Shown here: piece after piece, positions 51,978 through 64,000 of the stretch
How the letters are laid out: every line of letters begins with the position of its first letter
Numbering within the stretch: the first letter of the stretch is position 1
NCBI GenBank assembly: GCA_951406725.2
Contig: OX597827.1
Location: 18,476,001-18,540,000, forward strand
Source: Octopus vulgaris
Lineage: Eukaryota
DNA: 64,000 bases
Direction: 5' to 3'
The notes under the pieces: generated by a model
What the model saw: only the letters and a program-made list of their open reading frames with translations
The model's database searches: none
What the model was told of the DNA's origin: nothing
Made by a program: the position numbers and the translations under genes

Positions 51978-52253
51978 TATGTGTATATATGTGTATTGTA
52001 TTATAGTAAATGGTGTACCATATTATATATGTGTGTGTATTGTATTGTATTATAAGTAATGGTGTACCGTATTAAATGTATATATATATATATATATATA
52101 TTTCCTTGATTTTGTATTTGTTTTTGTTTCTCATTGTGTTCGACCTTTTTTTTGTGTCCTGTACCCATATATGCATGTATATATACATATAGATGTAGGT
52201 ACGTACATATATGTATGTATGTATATATGCATATGTTTTATTTATTAATTTGT

Positions 52254-52286
<33 letters not shown>

Positions 52287-52340
52287 ATATTGTATTATAG
52301 TAATAATGTACCGTATTATATATATATATATATATAGTAA
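51600..52340. repeat. Degenerate AT-rich minisatellite (AGTAATGGTGTACCGTATTA motif)
   Basis: Motif recurs at about 51890, 52005, 52055 and 52300, with older variants upstream. Confidence 0.65.
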
Positions 52341-54164
52341 CGGTTTAACAACATTATTTATACTGAAGGGTAGATAGAAAAAAAAAAAGTATATACAAGC
52401 ATGTGATTTGACGAAAGGGGAGCTTGGCTGTCGTTTCTAAGCAAGTCAAGCCACCAATATACAAGCTATTCAGTTAGATGGATTGGTCCCTCTGAGGTGT
52501 ATATAGTATGGAGAAAGAGAAGTGTGTAGAAGAAAGAGATAGTCGGTCTGATATACTGTATTATATAGTGCAATGCTTGGTGCTAGAGGTTTTAGTCGAG
52601 TTAGTAGGAAGCTTTACTTTATGTGTGAGTGTGTATTTAGCACAAGTTGAGTTCGGTCCTGAACCAGCGCACATTGGATCAACCGATTTCAAGCCATGGA
52701 ACCTCCAGTATTTAGAATTATAATTATTTATTTATTTATCATCATCATATATAATAATTTCTGTATTTCCTCTCTATTTTCGGACTGATTTGGTATAGAG
52801 AAATGGAGAGAGAGAGAGAGAGGATTTATTTTGACTACTATTTCGAATAGGTCAAGCAACACAACACCACAGAGGCTCCTTGTTGGTAGTATAAAGACAA
52901 ACCTAAAACATAGACAACTGTTGCTGCTGCCGCTACTAATACTCCTATTACTTGTAGTACCACAGTAACAATAGCTAAAGAACAATATGCGATGGGGAGG
53001 CCTTCTCTGTGTGGTCCGGTCGTTCGATGGGCTAGAAACTGCAGTCAAAACCGTCTTCATTCAATCATAACCTACCATCAGACAGTATCTAAGACTACAC
53101 GGAATAAAGTTCTTAGCATTTTATATTATTATTATTATTATTACTGTTAATAGTGTTGACAATAATAAACTGGATGGCCGTAAATGGACTACTTTTCATA
53201 ATAGTCTGTTCAAAGACGACTAGAGACCTAACAACAAAATAGAAAATACATGCACAATTATTCGTGTGTGTGTGTACACGCACACTTGCACGATATTTGT
53301 ATGTTTAGGACGAGTTGAACATTACTTATCTATATATATATATACATTATGTGTGGACACACATACACACGGTAGTGGTACTACCATCAATAATAATACA
53401 AGAGGCAGTTATGCAACCACTCACTGCTAAAAGCAACAGCCAAATCTCCTCAGATCGCAGCCTTATCAGATATTTAAGATACAATGCAAGATGATATATT
53501 GGACAAGGCAGGCCTAAGTGAAAGAGAAAAATTAAATAATAATAATATGAACATAGCCGGAATGTCTCTTTGATCATTGGGTAGGCTGACCCTACAACGG
53601 CCGACCTGGGGTTAAACAGCAGATACCAATGGTGCTTAAATGTCAATAATGGTACATGGCAATATATCTTAGTAGAAGTGTTGTCGACTAAGTCGGTCTG
53701 CAAAATACTAAAACTGCTACTAATGGTTAGTTGTTGATGGTGAAATTGTATAAACGATAAGGTACAGGGGGAAAAAATGGCTACTGCGCTGTGTAAGAGT
53801 ATAAGTGCTTTAAATCATAAGTGTGTATATGTATATATATGCGTGTGAGTGTGTGTGCGTGTTGTGAGTGAGAGAGGGAGAGAATGAGTGCGCGTGTGTG
53901 TGTGTATATATATACATGTACACGTGTGAGCGTGCGTGGGCGCCTATGTATGTATTGATGGAAATGAAATTCTTTGTATATACACTTTTGTGTATACATA
54001 CTTTAACATACTTACATACGTACGTACCATAGATCGACAGAAATGGGAAGACAACTATAAATAAATACACGCAGGTCTATCGAAGGTGTGTATGTGTGTG
54101 TGTATATATCAGTGATGCGAAAACTGAAACATGCTGGCCTATTTTTAAAGAAATATATACGGTG

Positions 54165-54378
54165 GGGGGCATGGCTGTTTGGTTGGTAAGAAAACTTCCC
54201 TTTCCCAACGACACCGTTTCGGTTTCAGCCCCTCTGCGTGGTACCCCGGGGGCAAGTATCTTCTACTATAGCCCTCGGTCGAATAATGCCTACCTACCCA
54301 AGGCTAACAGGAGAACTGAACCCAGAACCAATGTGCCCAGGCAGCGAACTTCTTAGCACACAAACATGCTTACGCCTT

Positions 54379-54433
<55 letters not shown>

Positions 54434-54538
54434 GTGTGTGTGTATATATATATGTGTGTGTATATATATATGTGTGTGTATATATATGTGTGTGTGTGTA
54501 TATATATATATATATGTGTGTGTGTGTATATATATGTG

Positions 54539-54569
<31 letters not shown>

Positions 54570-54840
54570 GTGTGTATATATATATATATGTGTATATACA
54601 TGTGTGTATATATATATGTATATATATGTGTGTGTATATATATATGTATATATATGTGTGTGTATATATATATGTATATATATGTGTATATATATATATG
54701 TGTATATATATATATGTATATATGTGTGTATATATATATGTGTATATATATATATGTGTATATATATGTATATATATGTATACACACACAAGGCGTTGTT
54801 CCACCATGGTCGCAGTCAAATGACTGAAACAAGTAAAAGA
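54165..54840 (+). mobile_element. Degraded SINE A pieces around a ~410-bp (TA)/(TG) microsatellite (54378-54790)
   Basis: GGCATGGCTG...GGGCAAGTATCTTCTACTATAGCC head and GCAGTCAAATGACTGAAACAAGTAAAAG tail. Confidence 0.7.
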
Positions 54841-55426
54841 ATATATATATATATATATATATATCCACAGAAGCGGCATGGCTACTTCATTTGAACCAGC
54901 GACACAAAGAAAGCACTCGGAGCATACTATCAAGTGGTTGGTCTTAGGAAGGGCATCCAGCCACACAAAACCATGTAAAAAAGGGGATACTTAGAGCACA
55001 ACGTAGTCCTTCGAACCCGTCCAACCCATGCCAGCATGGAACGACCACAGTAAATAACGACAATGGATGTCGATACGCACGCGCACGCTTTCGATTCCTT
55101 CTCAATAGAAGTCAAATGTACACACGACTGTTTCCGATCTCATTCTATGGTTACCATGTTGCATACAAAAACTGTAACAACACAGTAGATCTGACATGTT
55201 TATATAAAGCATAAACTACACACACACACATATATATATTATATGCTGCCATATTCGATGGTCATATTTTTTTTTGGCAAATTAACCATGCGCACTATAT
55301 ACTCGTTCTTCACTTCAGCCATATTATTGTTATTATTTTCCTATCTTTTGTTTGAAATCTTTCCTCACACCTCCTGTGACCTCTTCAGCAACTAGTCATG
55401 TGTCTCTTGTTTTGTTTAGTCCACAA

Positions 55427-55476
<50 letters not shown>

Positions 55477-55637
55477 ATGTATGTATGTATGTATGTATGT
55501 ATGTATGTATGTATGTGTGTATATATATATATATATATAATAACAAAGGGTAAAATTAATTAATTAAGAATTAATCAATAATTTCACCAAGTAGAATTCG
55601 GCATGAAAAAAGGACCATTTCACGGTAAACTTAAGTA

Positions 55638-55831
55638 ATACTTAATAATTAGGGTTCAGCAAAGATTTGGTTTACCACATACTGAAGTTTAGAAATAGCA
55701 GCCAAAAAACCTTAGCTATTTCTTCTACTTTAAAAAGGGACTCCCAGAGAAACCAAAATACTTGAAAACAATTCACACAAACTTTGGTATGTGGTAAAGC
55801 AAATCTTTGCTGAACCCTAATTATTAAGTAT
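55638..55831. repeat. 45-bp inverted repeat (1 mismatch) in a (TA)n-flanked element
   Basis: 55638-55682 pairs with 55787-55831. Confidence 0.9.
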
Positions 55832-56507
55832 ATATATATATATATTACACACACACACTACATATATAATTTGTAAATTATATATTAATATACATATGAT
55901 ATTCTTTCCTGGTTTCAGTCAGTCATCAGTGGCCATGCTACAGAATCTTTTTGAAATTCAAGATGCTTACAAGACATAAGTCTCCAAAGCAGTCACTAGT
56001 TTTGCAGTTGCTGAACTTCACCATCTGGACAAGAGCCAATATTGCATATATTATGGGGGTATTAGCTATGCACAGGCATTATCATTTGCTTCAAAGGTTG
56101 GTTTTGCGACCAATATAGCCACATGGTTCAGTCATACTGTGTGTAACATTGAGCTACTCTGCTCCAATAGCACTGGGCCAACAAAGCTGTGGGAGTAAAA
56201 TTGGTAAAGAGAATCTGAAAGAAACCAGTGTTATCTATTTATCTATGTGTGTGTGTAAGCATCCATCAATATCCTTTTTATCTTGAGATCACAAACTGAT
56301 TGTAAAGAACACCACTGCTCATAAATAAAAAGAAGGAAAAAGACTGCCATTTGTTTGCAATCTTCTCTGACAATATGGCCAGACATTACCTTGCTTGAAG
56401 GCTGATAAGAGGAAGAGCATCTGACTACAAAAATCTGCCTCAAAACATTTCATCCCTGACTCATGCAGGTGAGGAAAGCTGGATGTTAAAACGATGATTA
56501 TCATACA

Positions 56508-56877
56508 CTAGCACTATGACCCGGCAATGCTGGGGGTCATAGTGCTAGTGCATGCATATACAGCTGCGTGTGTGCGCACATACACGCGAGTACTGTCCAA
56601 ATCTCCGACCAATCACATACAGCTAGCTGGCATTCAATTGGCGTATCAAGATTCGGGGCATTTTGATTGGGTTTTGGATAGAAAATTCACAAAAAAGTCA
56701 CTTCTGTTGATTTTTTTAATGGCTTTGCGGGGTGACTGGGGAAATGTAAAGATGTGCACGACCACCCTTGGATGGTTTTGAATGATCATAGAAAGTGCGA
56801 GCCCTCTAACTGAAAAATTGTGGATTTGTATAAAGGACACACACACACAGACATTTTGCCGTTTATATATTTGGAGA
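56508..56877 (-). mobile_element. Non-autonomous Helitron
   Basis: Minus strand A|TC...(TG)n...subterminal GC hairpin...CTAG|T, with no TSD. Confidence 0.8.
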
Positions 56878-57873
56878 TGCTTGTTTCTCTATGTATGTAT
56901 ATATACTTATGCACACATATAGATATTAATATGCATGCATATATATATATATATTAATATATCAACATTAGCCTTTACAGTCAATTATTGTGCATATATG
57001 TCCAACCCATGCTAGCATGGAAAGCGGACGCTAAATGATGATGATATGTCTTGTTAACAAGCTTAAATATTTGTTGTACCTGATGTTTTGTAAATTAAAG
57101 CGTATTTGTTATCACCCAATCATGGTCAGCCAAATGCTTTTGTCTCACCCTGTCTGTGTTTCATACACCATTTACAGAGTAGCATTAGTTACACAAATCA
57201 ACTAGAACACCAAATTCAGTGGTCCTGTTCATAAAATGTGACAAGACTGCAATGATCTCCAGGCAACAGCTGATGAGAGTTTGTTAACTTGTTTCTGTTG
57301 TCCAATGTACTTTATCTATCTTTGCTTAATTTCTCTTCTGACCACATCACTTCCATCATGTATACACACACACACACACACACAGTAAAACATATATAAG
57401 AATACATACATATAAAATTATATTCCAATGTATATGTAACTATATACATATATTCTATACAAACATACATATGCGTCTCTTATTTGAAGCCAGCTTCAGT
57501 ATAGTGAGAAGGAGATCCTTATATAAAATATCTAAAATAACTGGCTCTTCCATCATGAACAAACCAGTGTCGAACATACATTTGTTCTATATAGCTTCAT
57601 ACATGCTGGCATAGATTGGAGGAGCAATATATTTAGGCATTTTATACATGGATTTCCTTCTTCTCACTAAACGAGCTTCAAATAAGAGATCTAATGTGTG
57701 CTTATATACAATGTATGTTTACAGATGATGAATTTACACAAATATATAGGAATAATTTATGTAACTATATATTACACATACATATAGTTATTGCTGGCCT
57801 TGTGCCTACATCAGAACATATATACATACATCAAGGGATAATATATACCTCTCTCTCTTTATATATATATGTA

Positions 57874-57912
<39 letters not shown>

Positions 57913-57941
57913 GCACACATACATGCGTAATAAATTCGTTT

Positions 57942-58359
57942 GCTTGTTTCAGTCATTCGACAGCAGCCATGCTTGGAGCACCACCTTTAGTCAAATCGAC
58001 TCCCAGGTTTTATTCTTTGTAAGCCTAGTACTTATTCTATCGGTCTCTTTTGCCGAACAGCTAAGTTACGGGTACGTAAACACAGCAACATCGGTTGTCA
58101 AGCGATGGTGGGGAGGGGAACAAACGCAGACACACACACACTCACACACACACATATATCAGAATGTAACCCCATATGAATCGTTGGCGAATTTCTTCCT
58201 CCGCCTTCCCTTCTACTGGACTTGCCCCTGTTTCCGAAGAAGAGCGTCTGCTCGAAACGTTAAACTATCTTTCTTTCCTTCTCTGAGCGTCTAACCACGT
58301 GTTCGCATCGTTGTTTTCTTTTTGTTTGTTCTTCGTTTTTGGATTTACTAATATATATA

Positions 58360-58406
<47 letters not shown>

Positions 58407-58572
58407 TATACGACGGGCTTTTTTTTTAGTTTCCGTCTACCAAATCTACTCACAAGGCTTTTGTCGCTCCGAGGCTATAGTAGAAGACACTTCCCCAAGG
58501 TGCCACGCAATAGGACTGAACCCGGAAACCATGTGTGTGGTTGGGCAGGAAACTTCTTACCATCACACAGCC
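57942..58572 (-). mobile_element. SINE A with an H1 element inserted in its central microsatellite
   Basis: Tail at 57942-58130 and head at 58408-58572. Confidence 0.82.
58170..58352 (+). mobile_element. Penelope-like short element (family H1) with hammerhead-like motif
   Basis: Motif 58230-58265 reads GUUU-CCGAAGA-A-GAGC-GUCU-GCUC-GAAAC-GUU-AAAC. Confidence 0.72.
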
Positions 58573-58787
58573 ACATTCATATATACACATGCTCACGATG
58601 GTCCCAGCCCTCGATTACAAACTATGTGCAACCATTATTCGATCAACGGTTCGACCTGTTTCACGACGATGAGTAAATAATCCAATGAATAGAAGAGGAC
58701 GGAGAAAACTCTTGAACACATCTTTAATTAAAGATCTGTTAAAGTATTTTCATTGTCGTCTTCTTTTTATTGGATATATATATATAT

Positions 58788-59176
58788 GGATCTTTTCGGT
58801 TTGAACGGCAGTTTTTAACATAATTTCTGGGGAACTAAAAAATTGTTTATAAAACATCTTTTTCTCTTGGCTTTATTGAGAAAATTCTATAATTTGTAAG
58901 ATATTTGTTGTTTTTTTCTTCAATTTCTCCAATTTCAACCAATCACTGACGTCCATTGAGGTAAAAAAAACATTCTGTGTCGTATGAATATGTCCCTCGT
59001 TTAAGAAACAGATTGGGTTTATTTACATTTATGAAGAAAAAAAAAAGATACCCTTTCCCCCACCGCTAACCCTAAAATATATTGAAATGCAATAGATCGA
59101 TACTAGGGTCATAATTATGGGTAACAATTTCATATGACACCGCTAGAAAAAACTGCCGTTCAAACCGAAAAGATCC
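58788..59176 (+). mobile_element. Merlin-like MITE with a small internal deletion
   Basis: TIRs present, no TSD. Confidence 0.9.
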
Positions 59177-59719
59177 CGATTTAATAGAGAGCTTATTTAA
59201 TTTTTGACAACGTCTCCGAAGCTCACCATGCGCAATGCCTCCGCCGGTCAAATTAAGCTACGCTTCTTGCTTCTGCATGTAAGTGTAGACCAGGACAAGA
59301 TTTCTTCTGGTGGAATGGCAGTTGTCCATACATGCAATTCTTCCCACTCCACACGATCGCTGATTTGAAACTGAAGACCAGTAAAGGAAAACCCGGCGCA
59401 ACTTGACACTAGTGTCTTCGCAGCCGTTATAACAATTCAGAACCGGGAACTGAGAGTGCAACAGATGCAACAAAGTTAACTCGTTTGGACTCTCAGAATT
59501 CCGCTGATCCACTTCCATCGATCGAATAAGATAAACGACGAAGTTGACCCGCGGTGGTATTTGAACCCAAGGCGCTGAGATTTGAAACAAATATCACTAA
59601 GGAATTAATATTCAGCGCTCTGATGATTCTGCTAACCCCCCTCATAGTATGTGTAAATGTGTGTAGACATATATATACAAACACACACACACACACACAC
59701 GTGTGTGTACGTTCGACTT

Positions 59720-60086
59720 AATGCTCGACCTAATTCTAAGACTAGGACCGATCGTAAATGCTCGACTTAATTCAAAGACTAGGACCGATCGTAAATGCTC
59801 GACTTAATTCAAAGACTAGGACCGATCGTAAATGCTCGACTTAATTCAAAGATTAGGACCGATCGTAAATGCTCGACTTAATTCAAAGACTAGGACCGAT
59901 CGTAAATGCTCGACTTAATTCAAAGACTAGGACCGGTCGTAAATGCTCGACTTAATTGAAAGACTAGGACCGGTCGTAAATGCTCGACTTAATTCAAAGA
60001 CTAGGACCGATCGTAAATGCTCGACTTAATTCAAAGACTAGGACCGATCGTAAATGCTCGACTTTATTCAAAGACTGGGACCGATC
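59720..60086. repeat. 37-bp minisatellite, 10 copies
   Basis: AATGCTCGACTTAATTCAAAGACTAGGACCGATCGTA head-to-tail, no spacers. Confidence 0.97.
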
Positions 60087-60665
60087 ATATAACAAACAAC
60101 TCAATGCAATTTAAAAAGTAAAAATCAAAGCACAGGGCTTTATGAAAAATATGGCCTGTATGTCTGTATGTTTATGAGAGACGGTGTGAAAATGCAGTAA
60201 AACACACACAAACAATACTTACTGAAGACAATAAGAACGATGGACGGCCATAAACAAATATCTATAAATACATACCACAATAGACAGAGAAATATTTGTA
60301 CCCACACGACATTACAACTCGCATTCTACTCAAGAAACACAGAAGGATATATATATATATAAACTCACATCCCAATATATGCAATATTATATACGTGTAT
60401 AATAAAACAGGGTCGGAAAAATGCCCCAACATGGCTGCCGAGAACATTATCTATCCATCTACCTACCTACATATCTATCTATCTATCTATCTAGATAGAT
60501 AGGTAGGTAGATAGATAGTAGTGGAAGTTTCTCCTTGTCATGTTTTGCTTCTCTTACTCACTCACCCTCCAATTAAAAATAGACAAGGACAAGGGACCGA
60601 ACCTAATTCCCACCGCAATATTCCCAGAGATCGGTTGGGGAGCAACAGCCAGAAATACACATATA

Positions 60666-60705
<40 letters not shown>

Positions 60706-60774
60706 GCAGACACAGAGTGATCTATTTATGAATGCATTGTGTTCATATAGTAATAAGACAATAGACGTATATGC

Positions 60775-60808
<34 letters not shown>

Positions 60809-60841
60809 GCATACACACACAGACATATGTAGGCATATGTG

Positions 60842-60874
<33 letters not shown>

Positions 60875-61085
60875 TACTCACAGGTAAATATATATGTATG
60901 TATGTGAGTATACTATAGGTATATGTAAACAGAATACATCTAAATTTCCAGTAGCGGCTTTAATGAGAAGCGACCGATAAAACAATGAGAACTCACCTAT
61001 GTGTGTCACCATCCACACAAGTACATACTATAAGTTTTTGCTTGCCTCTAACGACATAGGTATGTATCTACCCGCTCACACACAC

Positions 61086-61130
<45 letters not shown>

Positions 61131-62943
61131 TCGCGTGCGCAAGTACATATATTTGTAGACCCACACATTTAATTGAGTCAAAACAGATCCACACTTGTAA
61201 TGACAGGCATACTCTACGTACAGTTACATGAGGACATATCTATCTACCTACATATATACATAGAAAATGCACAGCTTTCATAATGGTGAAAAAAAAAGAT
61301 GAACCCAACGCATTAATATGGTTCGTATGGTAACTAATTATAGTCACCATACGAACCAAGAAAGGAGCTCTTTCTTAGTCGGACGACTCAGCTAGAAATA
61401 GCAGCAAAATTTCTGATGCACACCCTTACTGCCTTAGCAGAGGACACATTAGATATAGTCGTGTGTGCTGGGGTGTGAAAAAAAAAATCCGGATAGCCAC
61501 GGCTGGAATGCTTTTGATGAATGGTTTAATCTCGTCCGAGCTTACCGAGAGTCGAGCAAAAACAACAGACCCTACGTGGTCCCGAGATCATCAAGAAATA
61601 ATAACCGAGTCTCTCAAATCATTCCCTTAGGCTAAGTTCTATTTCTTGAAAAAGAGAGAAAGGCGGTTATGGTTATTGCTGGAACAATTTTAATCGATCC
61701 AGAAAGGAGGGAGACCCATTATTATATTATATTATATTTTGTATGTGCGATGGGAGATAGAGAAGAAGGAATAAATTATTTATTGTGGGGTGTTTACAGT
61801 GCTAGTATATCGTACAAGAGGCATAAAATATCCGGGTACCACTCAGTAAGGTGTCTGGAACTTAAGACAACCTCAGAAAAGCTGCACAGGGCGTGTATGT
61901 GAAATACATATATATCGGGTTCATTTGAGTATACATACATTTATACTATATAAACATTTGAGAATCTGCACTAATTTTGTACGGAGTTCATTTATGTAAG
62001 GAGGAACTTGTATGTAAACACGTGTATGTATATCTATATGTACGATACAGTGTGCTTATATATGCGTATAGCTGATAGAATACACAGCTAAGTACAACAT
62101 GTATATGTGTAATTAAGGGTATCTATGTAAGGTTGTTCAGTACAGTGTACTACACAACCTTACATAGACATGTATAACGTATGTGTATATGATTTTGTAT
62201 TGGGTGTGTGTGTATAGCACGTCATGTGTTGCGTGTGTGTATAAGAATATAGGAGCCTTAATTAGGAGTACATCGATCTGTATGCACAGATGTCTAATAC
62301 ACACACCTGTGTGTATAACTTAGTATTACACGACACATGTATGCTTATAGCAGTATCGCATCGGATACACGTGTTTCTAGTAACTTTGAAAGGCAGGCTA
62401 CACATTTGAGCACACCTGTAACACACGACATCAGATAATATAAGTAATAATATACGGAATACACAGGTGAATGTTCGATCTATATTTTACTGATGCTCTT
62501 GTTCATCTGTGTATTCTGCCAGGTATACACACACACACACACGCACACCGTGCGTAAATGATGTCCACATGACAGTATCGTCGTCAAAATATCTTAAGTT
62601 GGACATGTATAATATATATATAGATATGAAGACACATCGAAAGTGCGTTAACATACGCAAATGATGTGTACAGTACTTGTGTAAAACGATATATTGAGCG
62701 CGGATGATTTGTATATCTTGCTATATACAGACTGTGAATGTGATGTGTGTGTGTGTGTGTATATAAATATATGTATGCATACACACATGCACAGTAGCTG
62801 TTAGCAGTGTCATTCATTCATAAATATACAGAGGTCGTTTGTGTGCATACATATTAAAGCGTGTTTAAAAAGGAACAGCTGGATTTGTATATGCATATGA
62901 TTAAAATGAACAAGAACGAACGATTTTATTGTGTCAATGTATG

Positions 62944-63002
<59 letters not shown>

Positions 63003-63274
63003 GCACGCACAACATTAAAAAAAAAAAGGAATAGAGGCAAGAGAAATAAACACAATATTAAGTTACATTTCAAACATTGGCGAAAAGCACAGTGCTGTTA
63101 TATCCTCCAGTGAACCGAAAGCCTGTTAAATATATTTGATAGAAATTCGAGGCGTCGAATAGCCAAGTTGGACCCGGTAGAATTTGAACTCAGAGCATAA
63201 AACTGGTGTAACTCAATATTGCAAAGCGCTCCAACTAATTTCCCGTTACCCCGGAAGTATGAAAAATAAAGGGC

Positions 63275-63564
63275 AAAGTTTTGGAATAGCTGTCCCCCCG
63301 CGAAATCTTAACCTTATGGGAAAGGAAACGAGTAGAGTTTTTAGCAGGGGTTTTTTTTCTCTTTCTTCTTCTTCTTCTTCTTCTTCTTCAGTGTTTAGTA
63401 TTCCAAATTTAGTGTTTTCTTTCATACAATGAAAATTACGATTCCGGAATAAAAAGAAACCTTTCCAAAAATCTCAATTCTCTTATATATTTTTGCTCCC
63501 TAACTTCCGCAGTCAATTTCATCCCCATTATGAGACTTGGAGGGACAAGCTATTCCAAAACTTT
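63275..63564. mobile_element. MITE-like element with ~40-bp imperfect TIRs, within a degraded SINE B
   Basis: AAAGTTTTGGAATAGCTGTCCC / GGGACAAGCTATTCCAAAACTTT. Confidence 0.65.
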
Positions 63565-63730
63565 ACGAGGTAAATTAGATTGAAGGGATTCGAACTCAGG
63601 ACATAAAAGGGCCGTAACTAAAGACAGCCATATATTTCGTCCGGCACTAACGATTCTGCCAATCCAATAATTTCTATCATAGGGTAACAAATAATACAAA
63701 CTTCACCAGAAATAAATTAGCGGCAAAGGC

Positions 63731-63812
63731 AAAGAATACGCACACCACCCGTTTTCGGCGTTTAGGATTAGGTTTAGGGTTACGCCGAAAACGGGTGGTG
63801 TGCATATTCTTT
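63731..63812. repeat. 31-bp hairpin with a telomere-like loop
   Basis: AAAGAATACGCACACCACCCGTTTTCGGCGT-(TTAGGATTAGGTTTAGGGTT)-ACGCCGAAAACGGGTGGTGTGCATATTCTTT. Confidence 0.92.
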
Positions 63813-64000
63813 ATATTATAAAATTGGTATTTCGTCTTTATAACTAATGTCTTCTAGTGCTGTTCCTTAGAGCATTAAAAGAAATTATCATTATTATTAT
63901 TGAATAGTAGGTTGGCGGAATCCTGTCTTAATGACAAGTATCTGTAATAAACATGCCGGTTTAAAATCGGTAACTCATCTGTAGTCACTCCATGGCTGCT

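Noticed and set aside
59200-59500. Possible decayed RTE C-terminus (GQ.KLRF...CNRCNK)
   Set aside because: Motifs are too short and frameshifted to support.
59720-60086. CRISPR-like 37-bp repeat
   Set aside because: No unique spacers, no cas genes, eukaryotic context.

Overview
AT-rich, repeat-saturated animal genomic DNA with no protein-coding gene I can support. Nearly all ORFs in the supplied track are translations of microsatellites or SINEs. The repeat inventory (CORE-like tRNA SINEs of the OR1/OR2 type, very dense (TA)n/(CA)n/(GATA)n tracts) points to a coleoid cephalopod, probably Octopus; this is inference. The window is intergenic or a long intron. Contents: 14 copies of a ~410-bp MITE (GGATCTTTTCGGTTTGAACGGCAG TIRs, 8-bp TSDs, Merlin-like); at least five SINE-like families; hAT-, piggyBac-, mariner- and Tigger-like MITEs; one non-autonomous Helitron; 3' fragments of CR1-, RTE- and R4/Dong-like LINEs; several minisatellites; and many fold-back hairpins. 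Most notable: (i) three families of short, Penelope-like elements carrying minimal type I hammerhead-ribozyme motifs; (ii) a SINE whose insertions all begin at GGTA; (iii) a probable composite transposon made of two inverted MITEs; (iv) a ~11-kb CpG-decayed domain (about 30.7-41.6 kb) with a different TE content. Coordinates of degraded repeats are approximate.
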